Assembly: GCA_002633005.1 (NCBI GenBank)
Contig: NMRA01000820.1
Location: forward strand, 82,934-129,385
Length of the DNA: 46,452 bases
From: Phoronis australis
Taxonomy: Eukaryota > Animalia > Phoronida
Direction: 5' to 3'
Position 1 is the first letter of the stretch. Each line of letters begins with the position of its first letter. The position numbers and the translations under genes were made by a program. The notes below the pieces were generated by a model. It had not been told where the DNA came from. It did no database searches and saw only the letters and a list, made by a program, of their open reading frames with translations. Positions 35,401-43,790 of this stretch are shown here, piece by piece.

Positions 35401-38400
35401 AAAACTACGATGAGCTTCCGATACCCGTCAAATCCAGGAAGAAAGAAAACATTTGCATGGCTCAACTCTGTCAGTGCTGGATCTAGACTAATGTAGAATA
35501 TTCATGGCAAAATATTTACCCCCTCAATTAAATTCTTGATAGTAAAATCTCACCGATTTTTTGAGAAAAAGTATTTGCCAAAATTACGTTTCTTCGTTTT
35601 TTCAAAGTCTTCCATCGTGGTTGTGAATGTTCCCAGTGTTCCATAACATCGTCTGATGGTAGCCGTGGTGTACATCTTGAACATAGTGTTGGATTATTTT
35701 GATGCTACACATATTTTATGAAAAAAATGAGGAAATAAAGACTTCACTTGAAAATTAATTAGTGCAATTATTATAATTGTTACGCCTTGTCCTGCAGAGA
35801 CCTCAAATTGGAAGACACATTCTTCAATCGTGATGTGGAGAAGGCGTTCCTCGCTGCCAGCCAATCGACATTTGACGCCAAGACTAAGCCAAGTCTACTA
35901 ATCTCTAATCAAGTTGGCAACATGTACACGCCTTCGTTATATGGGGGCTTAGTATCCTATTTATCTGGGTGAGTGTTCAAGTGGTCTTGCTGTGTAGACA
36001 GTTTTTATGTGCCCACATATTTATATGTGAACGCATTATGCTGTCATCTGCATCCGTCCGGGCGGCATGTGTCCTGTGTCCGCTGCTCTATCTCCAAAAC
36101 CGATTGAGGTATGTTCATGAAATTTTGCACGCGTTCCTTTCACGGATGAGACACCATGAGCAAACTTTCCAACGGATCCAACTACCGGTGTGCCCCCTAG
36201 TGGCAATTTTGATTTTTTATGCCTACCTTTGTATCTTCAAAAATGCTTAACGGATTTTCATGAAATTGGTTATGTAGGCATCTATTAGTGAGATAACGCT
36301 ATCCTCCTGTTTTCGGAAGGATTCGATGTAGTGTGCACCACCTAGTGGCCATTTTTACTGTTTTCAAGTCTGTTTTTTTTATTGCGTCCACCCCTCTATC
36401 AACCAAACCGCTCAAAGGTTGATTGTGAAAATTTGCATATATGTGCTTACTATAAAGAGGACGGTTGATCATGATTTTCTGACGATTTCAACTACTGTGG
36501 CGCCTCCTAATGGCAGTTTTTTTTGCCCCTATGGCTGTATCTCCAATACCGTTTGCAGGATCTTTACTTAATGTAGCAAGTATATTTATATGATGTTGAC
36601 TACGGACGACGACGACTTTTGGACAGATCTGACTACTGCTGTGCCCCCTAGTGGCAATTTTAGTTTTGTACGTTGAACTCTGTATCTTCAAAGGTCCTGA
36701 ACAGATTTTCATAAAGTTTTAAATATAGGCATCTATTGGTGTGGTGATGCTATCTTCCTGTTTTTAGATGGAATCGAGGTATTTTACACCACCTTGTAGC
36801 CATTTTTGCTGTTTTGAAATCTTGTTTTTGGCGTCCACCCCTGTATGAACCAAATCATTTTAAAATTGGCATATATGCTCTCGGTGTGAAGACGACCTTT
36901 GATGATGGTGACTGACTACTGTGGCGCCTCCTAGTGGTAGTTTTTTTTTTGCGCCCATAGTTGTATCTCCTAAACCCACTGCAGGATCTTTACTAAATTT
37001 AGTAAGTGTATTTATATGAAGATAACAATAGATGTTGACGACTTTCAGGCGGATCCAATGGACACTGTGCCCACTAGTGGCAATTTAATTTAATTCTGTT
37101 TTCCTTTGTTTCTCTGAAGTTCCTTGACAGATTTTTATGGAATATGGCATGTTCCCGTTTTTGTATGGATTGTATGTTTTTACGCCATCTAGTGGCCATT
37201 TTATGATACAAATAAATAACCCAAAAGTCACACCATTTGCAATGCATTTGTGGGCACATTTCAACGCTCCGTGTTGCTCTTGTTTGGTATTTCAGAGTGG
37301 AAAATCTCTTGTTGCTGAATTTGTTTTGAGAGTTGATTCGACTTTCCTTAGATTGAGGTGAAATTCCATCATAGCCTGTTAGCGAAATTGAGAAAACACT
37401 GCGACAGTCACACTTTATTTTGAGTGCAACTGTACCACCTGGGCTAAGGTGTATTTTAAAACCGCCAGGCACTGGAATAACTATGTTTTTGTTTTCAGTT
37501 ACCTGATAAGGCCTCTAAAACCCCTTCGTTATTTTTGACTTTACCCTTTTAGTTAACAACATATATGCTCATCATTTTCACCAATGGATTTGAGACCAGA
37601 TTTTGCCTCAGCTCATTGCATTGTGGGTTGTATTGCTTATTCGTGGTTATTGATTTTCAGTCACTCTGCCAGTGAACTTGCCGGTAAACGTGTTGTCCTG
37701 TTCTCGTATGGCTCAGGTCTTGCTTCGTCCATGTTCTCGGTAACAATTACACACGATGCAGCGCCAGCCTCCGCCCTTGACAATCTAATCACAAACCTGA
37801 CAGAGGTGCGGTCTCGTCTCGAGAGCCGTGCCAAAGTGGAACCTGGTGTGTTTGACAAAAACATGAAACTCAGGGAAGAAACGCACCATTTAGGTATGTA
37901 CACTTACCCTTGTGACGAAACACTTCCCATATATCTCAAAAGACATCAGGCCACTTGCACTCTTTCATCACATTATTTCACCACCTTTGAATGAAAATCA
38001 TTGTTGAAACTGCTTGTTTTTAGTTTTTTAGCCGTGCTGGTGGCAACAGTATAAAATTTGAAAATGGTTCAAACTTTAATGTGGTGATTATCTTTTATGA
38101 AATATGCATGTCACTAGTCTCCTCGGTGAGATTTAATTGTCGTGGTGTCAAAAAAATTTTCGCCATCTATTTGACTCATAGAACTTGCCTGAAATAAATG
38201 AATTTGCTTACAACCTTATAATTTATTTAACTACAAGTTCTCTGTTGAAATTTCAATATCTCTTGTATTGGACATAAAAGGCAAATCAGTGTTCCTTCGA
38301 CAGTTGATGATTTCATTAAGACACATCTGTAACATCTGGTTGTACTGACCCTTGTGTTAAGTATTCAGTGCTGTAACTGGGCCCTCACCTCTTCCTTGCA

Positions 38401-39249
38401 GCCCCCTACAGCCCCGTTGGCCCCATCGAGGACCTGTTTCCTGGCACCTGGTACCTGGTGGACATCGACGACAAACACCGACGCAAGTATGCACGCAAGC
38501 CCGTGTCACATCCCGACAGTGGCCCTAGCTCACCAGTAAAGGAGGTCGCTCCTGTTAACTGGCCGGTGAGTTTCACGAAACGAGAATTACTGGTGTGCAG
38601 GGGCTTAAATTTTGTACATTTCATCACGTGGTAACAGGATTGGCAATTGCACAAAGATTTCCGCAACTTTACTTTTTCAAAAAATGTCTTGGGTAAACAA
38701 GTAATTGATGTCACTTGGCCAGAAAACTTTTAATATTTGTTGTTTGATTCTTACCGTGGAAGTCGCTTTTTGATGCTAGCTAGTTTTGTGTTCTGCTTTG
38801 AAATAAACGTTGTTTTGTAACTTTTTGCTGTGGCATCACCAGTTAGCTGCATGAAAGGAATTGTATTTATCTGAATTACATACTCAGCACCTAACCCTGG
38901 TCTTGCGTTGAACAACAATAGTTTTGCAACCAGTCATGTTCAAATTGTTTTACATTGTTTCAAAAGGTGGCACTGTAATACTTAGTTTCCTTCAGAAAAG
39001 GTGACATTGTGAAAACGGGCAAAATTTTGCGTTTGCTTTTTTTGAAACAACGAAACGAGGCTTCTAGTGCACAAACAGAATTGTTAATTTTCAGAAACGA
39101 AGTTTTCTGTTTTTGAAAACATAAAAAAATTTGCATGTGTATACTACAAGTTGTTCGCGACATATGTCAGTGTGTCTTACTTGATCGCCATTTTGTTTCA
39201 GACCAAGACAGACAACTCTAGTGTGACAACTACCTCCACATCGTCATGA
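22983..39249 (+). CDS. HMGCS1: Hydroxymethylglutaryl-CoA synthase, cytosolic; join(22983-23421, 26002-26127, 32759-32923 or 33820-33984, 34667-34826, 35798-35968, 37661-37893, 38402-38565, 39202-39249); 501 aa
   Basis: The spliced frame is continuous (1506 nt) with GT-AG sites. It carries the catalytic motifs GRLEVGTET (Glu), TNACYGGT (Cys) and FHSPYC (His), plus [16 protein letters not shown] and LFPGTWYL. No mitochondrial presequence. Confidence 0.97.
25410..25934 (+). mobile_element. PIF/Harbinger-like MITE, copy 1
   Basis: Begins TAA|GGCCC and ends TGTGGAAGGGC. Collinear similarity to 29408-29827 (GTATGAAC.GT.AACTT.GGTCCTG...GAAGTTAAC; CCTTGCAATTACTT; AAGCTGGT.TGAA.G.TTCAATTA; GAGTTAAG). 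Confidence 0.6.
26002..26127 (+). CDS. HMGCS1: HMGCS1 coding exon 2
   Basis: [42 protein letters not shown]; TAG acceptor, GTGAGT donor. Not in the ORF track. Confidence 0.96.
29408..29827 (+). mobile_element. PIF/Harbinger-like MITE, copy 2
   Basis: Begins TAA|GGCCC and ends TGTGAACAGGCC; related to 25410-25934. Confidence 0.6.
29626..29690. repeat. Perfect 31-bp tandem duplication
   Basis: TGTCAGGTGTACCTGTCAATAATGGCCTGCA twice. Confidence 0.93.
32553..32727. repeat. ~65-bp segment repeated at ~110-bp spacing upstream of the exon 3 acceptor
   Basis: AATGAACCAAAGTGCCATCTATTGAGCAACCTTGTAAC..ATGACTACCAGCCA occurs twice here, and twice again in the duplicate copy. Confidence 0.85.
32759..32923 (+). 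CDS. HMGCS1: HMGCS1 coding exon 3 (copy A)
   Basis: [55 protein letters not shown]; TTTGTAG acceptor, GTTAGT donor. Confidence 0.9.
33820..33984 (+). CDS. HMGCS1: HMGCS1 coding exon 3 (copy B, identical)
   Basis: Same sequence as 32759-32923, offset by 1061 bp. Confidence 0.9.
34667..34826 (+). CDS. HMGCS1: HMGCS1 coding exon 4
   Basis: [53 protein letters not shown]; TTGCAG acceptor, GTGAGT donor. Confidence 0.96.
35798..35968 (+). CDS. HMGCS1: HMGCS1 coding exon 5
   Basis: [17 protein letters not shown]...[19 protein letters not shown]; CCTGCAG acceptor, GTGAGT donor. Confidence 0.96.
36002..37284 (+). mobile_element. Helentron-associated non-autonomous element (HINE/DINE-1-like) with an internal ~145-bp tandem array
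   Basis: Subterminal inverted repeat ATGTGCCCACA (36007-36017) / TGTGGGCACAT (37249-37259); 3' mini-hairpin CAACGC-TCC-GTGTTG followed by CTCTTGTT; T-rich ends; GTCC-type simple repeat near the 5' end; eight internal repeat units. Confidence 0.75.
37661..37893 (+). CDS. HMGCS1: HMGCS1 coding exon 6
   Basis: [26 protein letters not shown]...[10 protein letters not shown]; TTTTCAG acceptor, GTATGT donor. Confidence 0.96.
38402..38565 (+). CDS. HMGCS1: HMGCS1 coding exon 7
   Basis: [55 protein letters not shown]; CTTGCAG acceptor, GTGAGT donor. Confidence 0.93.
39202..39249 (+). CDS. HMGCS1: HMGCS1 terminal coding exon
   Basis: Acceptor TTTTGTTTCAG; phase 0; [15 protein letters not shown] then TGA. 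Supported by splice signals and frame only, not by homology. Confidence 0.7.
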   Translation, partial: TKTDNSSVTTTSTSS

Positions 39250-40169
39250 TATTACTTTGTGATATAGATCTCATTAGTCTGGTGTTCATTTGTTATCGTG
39301 TCTTGATATTCCAGTCGTTGCTCATGGAACACAAGAGGATGTGCTCACTGAGGCTAATTTCATGTTGTGAGAACAAAAAGTGAAATATTTGTGGGACTTT
39401 ATTATTTGCACCCCATAGCTTCAAATGCCTGAAATTAACAAAATGTTGTATTTTGGAAATTACAGTCTGCAAATCATAAGGCAAACTAAAATTTTCTAAA
39501 GTTAGTTTTGTTGAAAAATTATTATTTTGTTATGTAAAGAGCTTCCGCAAAATTGGAAATGAAATTTCATTACTGACCCTTCTGAACTTTTTAAAATGGA
39601 AAGTCAAACAGTTGAAGTTTTTGAAGAGGTGTTGTGACAGAAATTTGAAATATGAAACGGAGGCAGCTCTGAGCATGTGGTGAGGATGAGATATGTCTAT
39701 TTAAGGATACTCCTTTTCAGCAATTTAGAACATGGGAGTTTCACTAGTCTTGAGGTATCTTTAAAGCAAGAGGATTCATAAACTACTGCCATCTATACAT
39801 TTGCATTTTTCCCTCAAATTTGAAAAAATTGAAATTAAGGGTCGTTTAACTACCACACATTATGTGGTACACCGTCAAACTTAAAGCATTTTTTTATAAA
39901 TTGAGAGGGAGTAAGCTTAATTATAATTGGTTTACTTAGAAAACTGTTTAAAAATGTTTTGATTATTGAAATAAAATGGAAAGAGTATCAGTGTGGCGGA
40001 TGGGGAATGGGGAGGGGCTAAATTCATTCGCACACCCCTCCCTGATGTGAAGCTCAAGATTTGTCTCTAATAGTTTCTCCACTAGTCATTATTGGCTAAA
40101 TAGCTAAAAGAAGTATTGTAAACTTATGTAATTGAGATGACCATTAGATGAAATGCTGTTTAGGTTTGT

Positions 40170-40175
40170 AATAAA
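40170..40175 (+). terminator. HMGCS1: Candidate HMGCS1 polyadenylation signal
   Basis: AATAAA followed by a T/GT-rich stretch, about 0.9 kb after the stop. An alternative AATAAA is at 39970. Confidence 0.4.
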
Positions 40176-41642
40176 TATGTTTGATGAGATGCTATTTTGT
40201 ACCTTGGTTTAAATACTGGTGATAGTGTATTTAACATCATTAACCTCTTGGCATGCACATTAGAATGAACAGAAACAACGAATAGTTACTTGTGTCTACC
40301 AGACAAAGAAGTTGAGAGAAAGCTGTGTAATTGAATCGACAGGAAGCTGGTATCGTCATCCAGTGAAAGTTGTTGCCTGTAATTTTTTGTTGTTTTGCAT
40401 TTTCTGATTGTTCTGAGTTATTTAACCATTCTCAGTGTTGTGCTGTAATATCCAATTATATACTGTTAATGTATTTATTTCAGTTGTCTGGTATTGGATG
40501 ATTGATCGACATTTTAGTCCATTTATGTTTTTAATTGAGAGCAGTGATCATACACTTCATGGTTAAATTAGGGTTTCTTCGACTATTTCTCACGAGTCTG
40601 TCACCGTGACAGTTATGTATTTTTAAAGTGGCCTTGAATGTATCCTTTCTGTCAAAAACACGTTTTGGTTTAGGCAAGTTATAAAATTGGTCTTTTCTTA
40701 TTTTGTCACTCAGTTCAGAAGTGATCCCTGGAATTTGAAACATCTGACAGTTCATTATTTCTTCGTTCAGCTCGTGGTGTTGCACTCTTTCACCGTGCTG
40801 CGAAAGGTAGGCCACTTAAGTGTAGATGGCGCTGTGTCAGAGGGTAGGTGGCGCCGTGACACAGAGTACTCGTGACTGAGCACTAACAAACTGTCATTTT
40901 TTTCGAAGCACTGAAATCACTTCTTATAATCAACTAGGGAGTAATTTGAGACCATTGTCACATTGGTTGTGATCTAAATCAATACTTGAGTGGAATCGGA
41001 AATCTAATTAACTTTGAAACATTGTGGCTTGCATGATCATGTATGAACAATTATGACCATGATCCGGTTTTGTATACAAACCATGTTCATGGTCAACCTG
41101 ATTCAATTCGTTGATATTATTTGTGATAAACTTGTTGACTATTGAAATATAAAATGAATTTAACGTGTAAACCAGTTCTTGTGTTTTCTTTAACTCACAC
41201 ATTAAGTCGCAAAGGTTGTCACACAAACAGTTCAGTCTTGCCTTCATTCTACATGTAGGAACCAGTAATTGGTTCCTAGCTTCATTCAATGGCTGGCCCT
41301 TGCAACCAATATTGAAACTGGAGACTCACTGACTGTTTAAATGAAAAGTATTTGAAACGGGGAAAACGAAAAAAATCATTTTCACCAACTGAACTTGTTT
41401 TTCCATATCCAACAGTCAAACTGATGACGGTCCGTGCTATTGGTTGCCCAGAACACAAAATACGAACTGAGATGCGAGCCTTATGTTGGCCGGTTGCGTA
41501 ACTTGTTAGCTGCACTGTACATCTACATTACTCACTTTTCTAGAGTTCTTTCATTTATTTTGGTTGGCACCCATGTGTCTCGATCGAGAGACAATGAACA
41601 TGCTCACTGTGTCAGTCATTGGTGGGATTGCAGTGTGCGATT

Positions 41643-42197
41643 GTGACCCAAAAAGTCCGATTCAGACCGGCGGGAGCGGCAGGTTCTATTGGAGGTGTCA
41701 CACGTCACCCTTCTAGGGCGCATGCCTGGGCGAAGGAAAACTATGGAAACCCTGCGGTGCCCAGTCAACAGAATCCTCCTCGCCGATGAGATCCAGAGGA
41801 GATGAGCGGAGCAATACCACCAGCCTGGCAACAGAACTTGAGCTGCCGGAGGGAAATCGCCTTACAGACTCCACTTAAGATTTATCCTCGAGTTTTACTC
41901 TTGAAGCCTTCTCAGGGCAGAGATGGCCGGTATGGCCGCTAGGCAGCGGACGTTTACAGGACAGAGTTTCCTTTCCCGCCGGTCTAGGTGAACTGCATGC
42001 CTGGGCTGACGATGGCTCCATCTGCTCAAAATGTAAGATTAAAAGGCGTCGAGAGCCCGCCTTCGTCCCTTCTTCTGTTGGTAAAAGCCACTGGAATAGG
42101 GCAGGAGTTGGACTTCAGTTGTCAGCTGTCATGTGAAACGCACGCCGTATTGGAGCATTTTATAGGTACTGAGAGCTTAATCTCACTACCACTCACG
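41643..42197 (-). mobile_element. RTE-clade non-LTR retrotransposon 5' UTR-like fragment (non-autonomous)
   Basis: GC-rich island. The minus strand reads GGTAGTGAGATTAAGCTCTCAGTACCTATAAAATGCTCCAAT.CGGCGTGCG...CTGACAACT.AAGTCCAACTCCTG...GAAGGCGGG...GCAGATGG...CGTCAGCC, which I recognise from memory as resembling RTE-family 5' UTRs. No endonuclease/RT ORF follows. Confidence 0.55.
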
Positions 42198-43379
42198 GTT
42201 ACGACAACCTATACTGTCTATATTTCACGGGACTATTGATTCGGGGAAAACATATATGATATAGCCGTAAGAATAAGAACAATTTATAAGTCGGGTGTAA
42301 ACGTCAAGATAAGAAAATGCTCGCATTCACAACGAAAACCAGCCGACTGCTGCGTCCAGTCTTTTCCGAGTGGAAGTGGTCAAACACACACACTTACACA
42401 AGGTGCGGGAATTTCGCGGGGCCGTTGACTGAGTACGCAACATTATAATCCGTTTTTGCAAGGGAAACTGTAATTAAAAATTCTCTTAACGATAACTAGG
42501 CATTCATGTTTTTCGTACAGATAAGATCAGAAAGCTCCGACTGACTTTCCTCTTAAACTTGTTCTCGCCTACTATTGATGACACTGAAAGTTTTGATTTA
42601 GTACTCAAATTGATCCTCAGTCGAAAGAATTGCGATTTCTTCATTTTGCGACGGTCACCTCAAAATCCTTTCTGTAACAACCATATTATTCTGATGACCA
42701 ACTTACGGTCACCATAGTTACGGTTTGCCTTAGTTATACCGAAATTGCACTAGCACACGCAAAACTAACCCACATGACACGATTTTTATTTCGGGCGAAA
42801 TCGCACCGAACATGGCTCTGTGAAGACTCGGTATTTATACAAAATTTCGCGTCGACGGAGATCTGGCTCAGCTGTCAATTTGAGAGATTCTATTGAAGAA
42901 TTATTAGAGATTTTTTGCCTACTTCTCTTGCATTGGTTGCTTTCTCGTGTCGTCTCTCGTGTTATTTGACGGATCTGTTTCTTGAAATTTTGTATGCGGA
43001 TCTCATCAAACGCTGCTTGTATGTGCTGTCCGCCGGGTTTCACGCCCTGGAAGTTCACCTTTCTCAAGCTATTTGAGATTTATGGACCTGATGATTGACC
43101 ATTGCTTCAATGTTTTCGTTGGTCTATCGTACGCACGCTACATTCCGATCGAAATGAAATTCATACAGCCAAGCATCAGTTTTCAATGTTTTCGTCTTCA
43201 TAATTATCGTCATCACTACATATATCGTTTAAAGTTTCATTGCCATTGGCAGCTGTGTTCTTGATACTGTCAGCAGACAACCTGTGCAGTATAAATACTT
43301 AATATTTTCTAAAGGCGGTGCAAAATGTTGTTAGTCTAGAATTACAGGTAATTATGTTTACATCCTTTTCCAAGTGGGG

Positions 43380-43790
43380 AGCTGTGTTTTCCAACGGCGC
43401 CGCGCCTTCAACGTTGGTGTCATTGGCGGTTTTGATTGCCGCCGTCGTTGTCGTCATCCGCTGGTGTTAAAACCAACTATGCCGCGATCGGGTTTGCACT
43501 GTCGTCGGTTTACCGATGCTCTTCGAGCGTTGCTGACGTCATCGGCAATGACATCATCATTATCGTTGTGATCATCGGTTTAAGCGGCGTCGTTGTCACT
43601 GGCAACAGCCCGGTTGTCATCGGCTGCCTTGTTTCTTTATATCGTCGGCTTCTGCTACTTATGAGTTGGTGATGACATCGTCTCTCTTTGTTATCTATAT
43701 CAGCTTCATTGTCGGTGTTTTCGTCACACTGGTGTCATTGGTGTCGTCGAAGTATCCATTGGTGTTCTTCGCTTCGACGTCTCCTCATTT
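43380..43790 (-). repeat. Degenerate GAC/GAT/AAC trinucleotide-rich low-complexity tract
   Basis: Dense GTC/ATC/GTT triplets on the plus strand; minus-strand frames give Asp/Asn- or Thr-rich stretches broken by stops and frameshifts. Confidence 0.55.

Noticed and set aside
36002-37284. CRISPR-like array (regularly spaced conserved motif)
   Set aside because: Eukaryotic intron; the spacers are over 100 bp and homologous to each other; no cas genes.
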